From NCBI GenBank assembly GCA_963797555.1, contig CAWCPV010000016.1, positions 128,001 through 192,000 on the forward strand: 64,000 nucleotides of DNA, written 5' to 3'. The stretch's first letter is position 1; each line of letters opens with the position of its first letter. A program made the position numbers and the translations under genes. Below the pieces are notes generated by a model that was not told where the DNA came from, did not search any database, and saw nothing but the letters and a program-made list of their open reading frames with translations. Source of the stretch: an uncultured Gammaproteobacteria bacterium (GTDB lineage: Bacteria > Pseudomonadota > Gammaproteobacteria > CAWCPV01). Below, piece by piece: positions 21,662 through 30,621 of the stretch.

Positions 21662-22219
21662 ATGGAAAAGCTGTTCGCAACGATGCTCGCACTGCTGCTT
21701 CCGGGCAGCACCCTAGCCGCCGAGGTCGGTGGCATCGATCTCGCCGACAAGGTCAGTGTCGGCGGCCAAGCGCTCGTGCTGAACGGTGCGGGTGTGCGCA
21801 CCAAGGCGATGTTCAAGGTCTACGTCGGCAGCCTCTACCTGCCGCATAAAGCAACCACTTTAGAGGAGGTGCTGGCCCAATCCCCGCGCCGCGTGCAGAT
21901 GAACCTGCTGCGGAACCTGTCGGCTGACCAGGTCGTCGATGCGCTCGTCGAAGGAATCGACGCCAATACGACGCCGCAAGAGCGTGCCGCAATCAAGCCG
22001 GAGGTCGACCAGCTCGTGTCGAGCATGAAGGCCTTCAAGAACGTGAAGGAGAAGGACGTGATCGCGCTCGACTTCGTGGACGCCGCCACGAAGATCACAT
22101 GGAACGGTGAGGCGAAGGGCTCCGTCGCCGGCGAGGCATTCAATCGGGCTCTGATGAAGGTCTGGCTGGGTGACAAGGCGGTCCAGGCGAACCTCAAGCG
22201 GGCAATGCTGGGGGGATAA
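21662..22219 (+). CDS. Chalcone-isomerase-like periplasmic protein (copy 2)
   Basis: 6 amino-acid differences from the 185-aa copy at 9650..10207. Confidence 0.85.
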   Translation: MEKLFATMLALLLPGSTLAAEVGGIDLADKVSVGGQALVLNGAGVRTKAMFKVYVGSLYLPHKATTLEEVLAQSPRRVQMNLLRNLSADQVVDALVEGIDANTTPQERAAIKPEVDQLVSSMKAFKNVKEKDVIALDFVDAATKITWNGEAKGSVAGEAFNRALMKVWLGDKAVQANLKRAMLGG

Positions 22220-22600
22220 CGCCCATCGAGCCCCGGGTGCGCCTGCTTTCGGATTGCCGGTCTCCGGCCCGGATGATGGCATCCGGAGCGGATCGAGCGC
22301 CGGAAAGGCTTCTACGGCGCCTTCGCCGACTCGAACTTTCCCAAGTCCATTCCCTTCTTCGGCTCGAACTGGCGCTTCTCCTGCGGCGGCTACAGGGCAT
22401 GGTGCGTGATTCCGTCGTTACCCCCGCGCGACCGAGTCTCTGACGCGGCAGGTGGGCGCCGGTAACCTGTCCGGCGCCCGATTCCTCATCGCCCCTTTGT
22501 CAGAGAAGTGCATCTCCAGGCAACCGCCGTCCGCCAGCCGGCGTCTCCCGCGCGCGCCCTGCGCCCGAGCGCGAACCGGTCCGGGCCGCGCTGTATCCGC

Positions 22601-23230
22601 TCAGTATCCGGGCGGCGCCCCCACCACCACGTAGGTGACGTTCCCACCTTGGTATGCTTGGTTGTACCAGTTAGCACCGCAGCCGTAGTAGCTGGTGCCG
22701 CCCGCGACAACGACGTTCGGCGAGCAGGGTAGCGTCGTCACATAGTTGGCCGCGCTCGCGGCGCCCGCGGCGTAGCCGACGGCCCCGCCGACGAGGGCGC
22801 CCGCCGCGGCATAGCCCCATGCCTCGCCGGAGCCGCAGCAGCCGTGGTAGTGGTCGTCGTAAGCATCCGCGCGGGTCTGCGTGCGCTCGCTAGCACCCTG
22901 CTGGCGCGACTCGGTGCGCTCACTGCTGCCCTGCTGGCGTTGGCCCTGCCGCTCGGTCCTCTCCTGCTGGCCCGATGTGCGGGTGTCGGCCCGTGCCTGG
23001 GTGCGCCCGGTGGCCCCAGCTTGGCGCGAGGCGGCGGAACCGCCGGAGGAGAAGCCGCCGCCGGCCGCGGGGCCGGAGCGGGAGAAGCCGCCGCCGCCAC
23101 CGCCGCCTCGGGCAGCTCCACCTCCACCGCCGCGACCACCTCCCCGCGCGGCAGCATCGTCCACCATGCCGACCACCATGAACAGTGTGGCGGCGATCAC
23201 TACTGCGGTGAATATGGATCGCGTCTTCAT
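22601..23230 (-). CDS. Gly-rich secreted protein
   Basis: Signal peptide, GGG-rich N-terminus, C-terminal LPC..VVVAGGTSYYGCG..WY; overlaps the DUF2092 stop. Confidence 0.75.
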   Translation of the reverse strand: MKTRSIFTAVVIAATLFMVVGMVDDAAARGGGRGGGGGAARGGGGGGGFSRSGPAAGGGFSSGGSAASRQAGATGRTQARADTRTSGQQERTERQGQRQQGSSERTESRQQGASERTQTRADAYDDHYHGCCGSGEAWGYAAAGALVGGAVGYAAGAASAANYVTTLPCSPNVVVAGGTSYYGCGANWYNQAYQGGNVTYVVVGAPPGY

Positions 23231-24138
23231 TTCGGCTCTCCTGTGCTGCCAGCCGCCTGGGGCGTCTCCTGAGAGGTCGGGGAAGCCCGGCCGCCCCGCG
23301 AGGGCTGCTGCCCCGGTCCCTGCCGCACTCTGACCAGGAACGGGATGCGCTGGACACCTTGCGGCGGGGTGAACGCGAACAGGGATTTCGACACGTCGGG
23401 GCTCAGGTTCCAGTCCGAGAAGTCGGCCCAGAACTGAGGCTCGCCCTCGGCCGTCTTGTAGGTGATGACCACGCGCTGGGGCAGCGGCTGGTCGCCCTCC
23501 GCCACCCACATCTGGAAATCGACGTCCGCGGTGCGTGCCACGACGTGGTCAGTCGGCACCGCGGTCACCACGCTGCGCTCGACGTAGTCGGCGGACTCGA
23601 CCCGGCGCTCGAGCACGGCCGGGAGCCGAGACACCAGCATCAGGGCGAGGGGCATGCGGATGTCGAGATCGCGGATGATGTACTGGACGGCGGTATCGAT
23701 GTCACCCGGCTTCGGGGTCACGGCGTACACATGCTTGGCCTCTTTGTAGGCCGTGATGTCCTTGCCGTCGAACACCAGCAGCGACTTGCTGCCGTCGCTC
23801 TGATCGAGATCCACGCGCAGCTCGTCGGGCCGGCGCAGGGTCACCTTGCGACGCTCGCTGAACTCGACCTTCTCGCCGGATGCCTGTACCACGTCGTAGC
23901 CGATACGCAGGTCGACGCTGAACTGCTTGGCGTGGGCGAGAAACTCTGCCATGCGCTTGAGCACGGCCATCGCCCGGGCCTGCGATTCGCTCGCTGCGGG
24001 CTCCGCTGCGGCAGCCTGCCCCGGGGCGGCCTGCGCTTCGGTGGCCGGGGCACCGGGCTCCTCAGCGATCGCTGCTTCCATGAGCAGAAAGCCTGCGCAC
24101 AACATGGGTAAAGCTGACCATCTGCTCCTTGTCCTCAT
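23227..24138 (-). CDS. DUF2092 periplasmic protein
   Basis: LKRMAEFL, V.LRRPDELRVD, DVDFQMWV..G.QPLP..VITYK, F.DWNL.P. Confidence 0.85.
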   Translation of the reverse strand: MRTRSRWSALPMLCAGFLLMEAAIAEEPGAPATEAQAAPGQAAAAEPAASESQARAMAVLKRMAEFLAHAKQFSVDLRIGYDVVQASGEKVEFSERRKVTLRRPDELRVDLDQSDGSKSLLVFDGKDITAYKEAKHVYAVTPKPGDIDTAVQYIIRDLDIRMPLALMLVSRLPAVLERRVESADYVERSVVTAVPTDHVVARTADVDFQMWVAEGDQPLPQRVVITYKTAEGEPQFWADFSDWNLSPDVSKSLFAFTPPQGVQRIPFLVRVRQGPGQQPSRGGRASPTSQETPQAAGSTGEPK

Positions 24139-24180
24139 CAGTCACCTCCTGTCATGTGTCCTGTGCTTGAAGCCTTTCAC

Positions 24181-24288
24181 CGCGGCCTATCGGTCAGCGG
24201 GCGCGGCTCGGATGCTAGCCGTCCGAATCCAGCAACTCACGGCAGAGGGACTTGCACCCTCCAAGATTCGCGGCCTTGCTGGCCGCGC
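24181..24288 (-). ncRNA. Group II intron 5'-end fragment
   Basis: Minus strand GCGCGGCCAGCAAGGCCGCGAATCTTGGAGGGTGCAAGTCCCTCT, with a GUGYG-like start and domain-I hairpins. No RT gene follows. Confidence 0.55.
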
Positions 24289-24313
24289 CTAGGATATCCA
24301 ACCGCATTCAGGG

Positions 24314-24802
24314 CTACTTGACGCCGTAGCCGCGCCCCTCCAGACAGGTGGCATAGGCGCGATTGAAACTGTTGGTCTGTTCCGCGTAGCCCGCCTGTTG
24401 CTGTTGCTGCGACTGCTCCTGGGCCTGGGCCTGTTCGCGCCGCTGCTCGCGCCTGCGCACTCCGCCAACGACAGCGCCCGTCGCAGCGCCGATGGCGGCC
24501 CCCTTGCCGGCGTTCCCTCCGATGGCACCCCCGATGGCACCGACCGCAGCGCCTCCGGCGGCCCCGCGCAACGGGCGGGCGGTCGGGGCTTGCTGCGATG
24601 GCGGAGGGGCAGCCGCCGGCGGGTGAGCGGGGTCAAAGCCGGTCTCGCTCCTCGCCGAGGCGTAACACTGTTCCTGGTCGGCCTGTTGCTGGGCGGAACT
24701 CTGCCCCTTGCCGGGGTAGACCGTCAGCTCTTGGGCCGAGACTGTGCCGCCGAACAGGACGCCGGCAAGCAGGCACTTCGAAAGCGTCCAGGGCAATCTC
24801 AT
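24314..24802 (-). CDS. Secreted glycine-zipper (YMGG-like) protein
   Basis: VYPGKGQS..QQ..D...C; GAAGGAAVGAIGG; CLEGRGY.V. Confidence 0.85.
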   Translation of the reverse strand: MRLPWTLSKCLLAGVLFGGTVSAQELTVYPGKGQSSAQQQADQEQCYASARSETGFDPAHPPAAAPPPSQQAPTARPLRGAAGGAAVGAIGGAIGGNAGKGAAIGAATGAVVGGVRRREQRREQAQAQEQSQQQQQAGYAEQTNSFNRAYATCLEGRGYGVK

Positions 24803-24819
24803 GCTCGCGATCCTCCAAC

Positions 24820-25068
24820 GAAATAGGAATTCAGGGCGTGTGGTATACCACCGAAGGAGCGTCCAAGCAATGGACTGGCAAGCGCACAACGGCGGCGGAG
24901 TGGGGAGAAGACCATCCTGACAGTTGATAGGAGCGAGGTGGATGCTGAATTGCCGCTCGTGAGCGGTGCGCGCGCAGTAGGTAGTGAGCCGCCCGGAGAG
25001 CCTGCGGCGGGAGGGGCCACCAGTGCGCCTGCCGGTCGAGAACGTACTCAGACTCCGGCTGTGCCATC
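24820..25068 (-). mobile_element. IS91/ISCR-family oriIS-end remnant (copy 2)
   Basis: [15 protein letters not shown]; ends GCCCTGAATTCCTATTTC; inverted, diverged homolog of 10842..11109. Confidence 0.65.
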
Positions 25069-25378
25069 GCCTCCCAGCTCGGATGTGGAAACGCTCGCGC
25101 GCATCTCTAGCGTCGCAGATGCGGGGCCGATCTGAAAGGAGAAGGCCGGAAACGTGTTCATCGGAGAACATGAGCTTGCGCTCGGCATGGCGCATCACCT
25201 ACTCAATCGACTCTCATGCGAAACCGATGATGGCCGAGAAACCAGGAGCGAAGGTGCCGGCCGAACGCTGGCCCGAGGGCGAGGCCATGCCGTGAGCGCC
25301 TGCCAGGCCCTCTCACCCCGGCGGCGCGGGCTGCGGTTTCCCCGGGTTCTTTCGGGGTCCCGGGCAGGCGAGACCCAC

Positions 25379-25747
25379 CTAGCCTTTACCCTTGGGCTGC
25401 CACATTGCGAGCACCGCCCCGGTGGGATCGACGATGACGCTCATCCAGCCGTGCTCGCCGATCTCCATGACATCGCGCGCGACCGTGGCGCCCAAATCCC
25501 TGGCCTTCTGGGTCATGACTCGGATATCGTCGACGCCAACGTAAGCGAGCCACTGCGGCGGCACCTTGGGGTCGGGATTCATGAACATCCCGCCGCCCGT
25601 TCCTTCCCCGACATTGATCATGGTGTAGGTCTCGCCTCCTGCCATGGAAATGTCATCCAGCTTCCAGCCGAACAGTCGGCCATAGAATGCCTTGGCCGCG
25701 GCGAGGTCCTTGGTCTGCAATTCGACGTGCACGAATGGATTTGCCAT
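25379..25747 (-). CDS. VOC/glyoxalase family protein
   Basis: FVHVELQTKD...AKAFYG.LFGW...WLAYVGVDD...DPTGA. Confidence 0.9.
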   Translation of the reverse strand: MANPFVHVELQTKDLAAAKAFYGRLFGWKLDDISMAGGETYTMINVGEGTGGGMFMNPDPKVPPQWLAYVGVDDIRVMTQKARDLGATVARDVMEIGEHGWMSVIVDPTGAVLAMWQPKGKG

Positions 25748-26351
25748 TGGTCTGCCTCCTCTGGCATCGACGCCCGCGCTTCCGCGGCGGCGCGATGACA
25801 TCAGCACTGGGCTCACCGGTCGCAACGCTAGAGCCGACGGACAGGAAGTCCAAAGCGCCCCGAGGTCGGGGAAGTGTAGTCACCGAGGCACGGAGTAGTC
25901 AAGGCTCGGGGCGGTGCAAGACGGACGGGCGCCCTGACGACCGTAGACGGTCCTGACTTTGGAGTCAGGCGCAATCCACTTCTGGGTTTGCAGCGCCATC
26001 CCGCGACCTCCCGGCACCCAAGAGCCAGTTGCACAGCGCGTTGTACTCCGCGCAACAGGGTTTCCAGGTCGCAGATGTGGCGCTCCCTGATCTCTTTCAA
26101 ATAGCCCCCTGCGGCGGTTTCATCGGGAATGTGCCCCTCGGCGGCGTTGTGTTATTTTGCTTCATGGAAAGGGTCACTCCTCAGGCCGATCCACTCAGCG
26201 TGTAACGCACCGAGAAATCTACCCTTTCCAACCTCTTGGTACACCCCGTTTGCAGGATTTAGGTTCCACCCGGAACAAAGCGCTGCGTCGGCATGCTCCG
26301 TCCCCCAGGGGCGGGCCTGGAAGGCCGCGCTAGCCTGCGTTGTCGAGCCGA

Positions 26352-27809
26352 ATGATGCTGCGTTTCCACTACCCTCGGTCCTTTCTGTCCTTATTGCTCG
26401 TCGGCTTCGGCCTGGTTGCGCTGCCGCTGGTCGGGGGCATGCTGAACACGGCGAACATGCTGGACAGGATGGTTCAAGAGGGACGCCGCTCCGTCGAAGT
26501 GACCGTGGCGGTGACCCGCGAGACGGGCCAGTTGGCGGAGGCCGCCTTGGCCCTCGAGCGAGCCGCGGGCCAGTATTACGTCCTGGAAGATCCAGGCCTC
26601 AAGGCGGCGCTCGCGGCCGCTCATGGGCGGTTCCAGGCGGCGGTGGCGGCCCTCAGGGAGGCGCCGATGGACCACGTCCAGAAAGGCCACTTGGACGACC
26701 TCGCGGCTCAGGAGTCGGGTCTTTTCGGCCGCCTGGCGGGGGCAAAGCGCGCCCGGGCGGAGAAGTTCGAGACGTTCAAGCCGCAGTTCGACGACCTCTA
26801 CGCGGGCACCGCCGCCATGGCAGAGGAGGGCCGCCACCTCATCGACCGGCAGGTGGCCGCTATGGGTAAGACCGCGGACACCGTGCAGCGGGCACTGCTC
26901 TGGCAGGCGCTGGCCATGATCCCCTTGTCCCTCTTCCTGGCGGCCCTGTTCTCCTGGCTGATTAGCCGGCCCGTACGACAGTTGGCGCACGCGATACGGC
27001 GGCTCGGGGAGAACAATCTGGAGCCGGACAACCCCATCAACGGCCCCCGCGACCTCGCCAATTTGGGCGAGCAACTGGACTGGCTGCGCCGGCGGCTGCT
27101 CGACTTGGAGGAGCAGAAGCTGCGCTTTCTGCGCCATGTCTCCCATGAGATCAAGACACCCCTCACCGCTCTGAGAGAAGGAGTGGAGTTGCTGGCCGAT
27201 CGGGTGGCCGGGGAACTCACCCCAAAGCAAGAGGAGATTGCGCGCATCATGCGCAATAACTCCCGCGAGCTGCAGCAGCGGATTGAGGATCTGTTGCGCT
27301 ACAACCGGGCGATAGGGCAGCCCGAAACCCTGGCCGCCATGGCCCTGGACCTCGACAAAGTGCTGGCCAGCGTGCTGCTACGGCATCAATTGTCCTTGCG
27401 GGCCAAGCGGCTTCGGCTCGTCACTGCGGTCGGGGGTATGGGGCTGTGGGGCGACAGGGGGAAGCTGCAGACCGTATTCGACAATCTGCTGGCCAACGCG
27501 ATACGCTTCAGCCCCGAGCGGGGCGTTATCGGGATAGCGGCGAAGGTGGTCGACGGCTGGGCGCACATCACCATCTGCGATCAGGGTCCGGGAGTTCCAC
27601 CCGAAGACCGTCCGCACATCTTCCAGCCCTTCTACCAGGGAACCATCCAGCCCAGCGGCCCAGTCAGGGGCAGCGGGCTTGGTTTGGCCATTGTCAAGGA
27701 GTATGTTGAGGCTCACGGAGGACACGTAGCCCTGGTGGAAGCGCAGGGCCGGGGCACCTGCTTCGAGATCGTGCTTCCCCTTCGGGAAGGCGCGCGAGAT
27801 GCGAGCTAG
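26352..27809 (+). CDS. glrK: Sensor histidine kinase, GlrK/QseE family
   Basis: Two TM helices, HAMP, VSHEIKTPL H-box, NLLANA, DQGPG, GSGLGL; synteny with the lipoprotein and sigma54 regulator. Confidence 0.85.
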   Translation: MMLRFHYPRSFLSLLLVGFGLVALPLVGGMLNTANMLDRMVQEGRRSVEVTVAVTRETGQLAEAALALERAAGQYYVLEDPGLKAALAAAHGRFQAAVAALREAPMDHVQKGHLDDLAAQESGLFGRLAGAKRARAEKFETFKPQFDDLYAGTAAMAEEGRHLIDRQVAAMGKTADTVQRALLWQALAMIPLSLFLAALFSWLISRPVRQLAHAIRRLGENNLEPDNPINGPRDLANLGEQLDWLRRRLLDLEEQKLRFLRHVSHEIKTPLTALREGVELLADRVAGELTPKQEEIARIMRNNSRELQQRIEDLLRYNRAIGQPETLAAMALDLDKVLASVLLRHQLSLRAKRLRLVTAVGGMGLWGDRGKLQTVFDNLLANAIRFSPERGVIGIAAKVVDGWAHITICDQGPGVPPEDRPHIFQPFYQGTIQPSGPVRGSGLGLAIVKEYVEAHGGHVALVEAQGRGTCFEIVLPLREGARDAS

Positions 27810-28332
27810 CCACGGTGTTTGGGTGGGTTTCAGCCTGCTGCTGACGGGCTGTGCCGGCTTGCCTTTTTGGCCGGCGACTCAGCACCCGGGCATGGTGCAG
27901 AAAGGGGCACCGATTCTGGAGAAACCCGGCCTCGCCGATACCTCCCTCACGCCTTCCCAGGTGGCCACGTACATGGCGGAAGTTTCCAAGCTGAGCGCCG
28001 TGGCCCTGAACGCGGAGATCAGGCGTCTGCAGGCGGGGGTCCAAGGTAATGCGGGCAATCGTCTCAAGCTCGCTTACCTGCTCGGCCGCCAGGGCGCCGC
28101 GCCCAAGGACCTGGCTCGGGCGCGCGGGCTGCTTGCGGGGCTGCCTAACACCTTCGAGGACCCGGGAACCCGCGCGATCGCTCGGTTGCTGGAGCGGACG
28201 GTCAAGCTGGAGCAGGATCTCTCGCAGGAGCGCAGGAAAGCCCTGGATCTGCAGGCCAAGATCGAGCAGCTTATGAGCCTGGAGCGGGATCTCCAGCAAC
28301 ACAGCCCGGGCAAGCCCCAGGCGGGCCGATGA
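27799..28332 (+). CDS. QseG/YfhG-like lipoprotein
   Basis: Lipobox LTGC; coiled-coil [15 protein letters not shown]; lies between kinase and regulator. Confidence 0.75.
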   Translation: MRASHGVWVGFSLLLTGCAGLPFWPATQHPGMVQKGAPILEKPGLADTSLTPSQVATYMAEVSKLSAVALNAEIRRLQAGVQGNAGNRLKLAYLLGRQGAAPKDLARARGLLAGLPNTFEDPGTRAIARLLERTVKLEQDLSQERRKALDLQAKIEQLMSLERDLQQHSPGKPQAGR

Positions 28333-29690
28333 GCACCCGCGGCCCGAGCGTGCTCGTGGTGGACGACGACGCGGATCTGCTGCAGCTTCTGTCCATGCGA
28401 CTCCAGTCCGCCGGCTACAAAGTGCAAACGGCGAACAGCGGCGAGGAGGCTCTGAATAAGATTGCCGTTTCCCGACCCGGCGCCGTGATCACCGATCTGC
28501 GCATGGAAGGCATGGACGGGCTGGCCCTGTTCCAGCGCATTCGCGTCCATGATCCCGCCTTGCCCGTGATCGTGCTCACCGCTCACGGCACCATTCCCGA
28601 TGCCGTAGAGGCCACCCAGCGGGGAGTGTTCGGCTACCTGACCAAACCGTTCGAGGCCAGGGAGCTGATCGCGCTGCTCGGACGGGCCACGGCCCTGCAC
28701 CCCCAGGAGCCCAAGGACCAGGCCGGCCAGGACGAGGCTTGGCGCGCCGCTATCCTCACGGTCAGCCCGCGCATGGACGCCCTGCTCGCGGAGGCAAGGC
28801 TGGTGGCCCAGAGCGACGCGACCGTGCTGATCCAAGGGGAATCCGGCAGCGGCAAGGAAATGGTGGCCCGCGCGATCCACCTGGCCAGCTCCCGCTGCAA
28901 GAATCCCTTCGTGGCGGTGAACTGCGCCGCTATCCCGGAGCAGCTCTTGGAATCGGAGCTGTTCGGTCACACCAAGGGCGCCTTTACGGGGGCGGTGACC
29001 GCCCGCAAGGGATTGTTCCAGACCGCGGAAGGGGGGACCGTCTTTCTCGACGAGATCGGCGATCTGCCCCTGCCGCTCCAAGTCAAGCTGCTCAGAGTGC
29101 TGCAAGACCGGGAGGTCCGCCCGGTGGGATCGAGCCAGGCTGCGCCGGTGGACGTGCGGATCATGTCCGCCAGCCACCGGGACTTGGAGGCGGCCGTCGC
29201 CGAGGGGACCTACCGCGAAGACCTGTACTATCGGCTCAACGTGGTGAACTTGGTCATTCCGCCGTTGCGCGAGCACCGCGAGGACATCCCGCTGCTCGCC
29301 CACCATTTTCTGAAAACCCTCGCCGAGAAGCACCGGCACCAGGTTAACGGCTTCACCCCCGAAGCCATGGAGATGCTCACCTCCCACGAGTGGCCCGGCA
29401 ACGTGCGCCAGCTCATGAACGCGGTAGAGCAGTGCTGCGCCCTGTGCACAACCCCCCTGATTCCAGCCAGCCTAGTGGCCCGCGCCCTGCGCGACAAGCA
29501 GGTCGAGATCTTGTCCTATGCCGACGCCAAAAACCGCTTCGAGCGGGACTACCTGATCCAACTGCTGAAGATTACAAACGGCCAGGTGGCGGAGGCGGCT
29601 CGGCTCGCTGGCCGCAACCGCACCGAGTTCTATCGGCTGCTGCAAAAGCACGACCTCTCCCCGGCTCTGTTCAAGCAGAACACCGAGTAG
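28329..29690 (+). CDS. glrR: Sigma54-dependent response regulator GlrR/QseF
   Basis: REC domain, [15 protein letters not shown]-terminal [16 protein letters not shown]. Confidence 0.9.
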   Translation: MSTRGPSVLVVDDDADLLQLLSMRLQSAGYKVQTANSGEEALNKIAVSRPGAVITDLRMEGMDGLALFQRIRVHDPALPVIVLTAHGTIPDAVEATQRGVFGYLTKPFEARELIALLGRATALHPQEPKDQAGQDEAWRAAILTVSPRMDALLAEARLVAQSDATVLIQGESGSGKEMVARAIHLASSRCKNPFVAVNCAAIPEQLLESELFGHTKGAFTGAVTARKGLFQTAEGGTVFLDEIGDLPLPLQVKLLRVLQDREVRPVGSSQAAPVDVRIMSASHRDLEAAVAEGTYREDLYYRLNVVNLVIPPLREHREDIPLLAHHFLKTLAEKHRHQVNGFTPEAMEMLTSHEWPGNVRQLMNAVEQCCALCTTPLIPASLVARALRDKQVEILSYADAKNRFERDYLIQLLKITNGQVAEAARLAGRNRTEFYRLLQKHDLSPALFKQNTE

Positions 29691-29704
29691 CCTCCCGCCC
29701 ACTC

Positions 29705-29719
29705 TGGAACGGAGCTTGC
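29705..29719 (+). promoter_or_regulatory. Sigma54 (-24/-12) promoter
   Basis: TGGAAC-GGAGC-TTGC has the exact TGGCAC-N5-TTGC spacing and sits about 48 bp before the DUF1328 start. Confidence 0.7.
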
Positions 29720-29766
29720 GTGTCAATTGGCAAGGCACCGAATGGCCGAGGGGGAGGAGATAAGGC

Positions 29767-29916
29767 ATGTTCGGATGGGCAGTCAGCGTTCTCGTCGCCG
29801 GCATCGTCGCAGCCCTGCTGGGCTTTGGGGGAATGGCCGGGACAGCGGCCTCGACGGCCGAGGTTCTGTTCGTGGTGGGGCTCGTCCTGTTCCTGGTCCT
29901 GTTGGTCATCGGATGA
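29767..29916 (+). CDS. DUF1328/UPF0391 (YtjA-like) small membrane protein; absent from the ORF track
   Basis: GGAGGAG RBS; MFGWAVSVLVAGIVAALLGFGGMAGTAASTAEVLFVVGLVLFLVLLVIG. Confidence 0.85.
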   Translation: MFGWAVSVLVAGIVAALLGFGGMAGTAASTAEVLFVVGLVLFLVLLVIG

Positions 29917-29995
29917 CAGCCTCCTTGCCGTGAATGCGCGTCCAATCGCCAGGCGGATGGCCTGTGGTGTTGCTTTGTCGCATGGGCCACGCGTT

Positions 29996-30611
29996 TGTCG
30001 CCGCTCGACGACGGAACCGTATTCTCAAGATAAGAGGCTGCGATAGGAGCCGCGCAGCCATCACGATGCAGGAACCGCTTGGCCGTCCGGCTCCCCCGCT
30101 CCAGGGGGCGGCCCGCTAAAAAGCTACCCTGTCTCCACCGCGCGAAGCCCGCGCCAGTGTGAGCCGGAAAGCGGCTCCGCTCCCCTGACTCTTTCGCACT
30201 CCCCGCCCCGCAGCAGCGTTCTTAAATAGCTCTGCCCCGAAACCGGGGGGCGCTTGTTCTCATCCACTGCTGTCGCCGGCCGGCGACGCAGCACCCTTTG
30301 TGCCACGATGCGCTGCCCGCAGACGCCGAAAGGTGTCGGGAAGTGGAGACGGGGAGCCACGCGATGCCCGCAGCGGTCGAACGCCGCGGCGCCTGTGCAT
30401 CATCCCACTCGAGTGGGCGTCACGGCCGCAGTGTCCAGAAGATTTCGCGGCCAACGGGCATGGAGTGCTGCCGCGGTGTCCCTCGCTTTCAATGCCTGCA
30501 ATCGCAGAAGGTGGGTCGGCGAATAACCCCGTTCAGTTCGCGCGGGCGCTGGCCCGGGGTTGCAGATCGCCTTTCGCGGCCGGGAAGCCGCACCGTCTGC
30601 GACTGCAGACA
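29996..30611. promoter_or_regulatory. Four GlrR-box-like motifs
   Basis: TGTC-N10-GACG at 29996, 30271 and 30334, and CGTC-N10-GACA at 30594. The E. coli GlrR site is TGTC-N10-GACA. Confidence 0.55.
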
Positions 30612-30621
30612 GGAGGAAGCC

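Noticed and set aside
30430-30570. Second sigma54 promoter upstream of the BON gene
   Set aside because: The candidate GG/GC pairs are spaced 1 bp off the required -24/-12 geometry.
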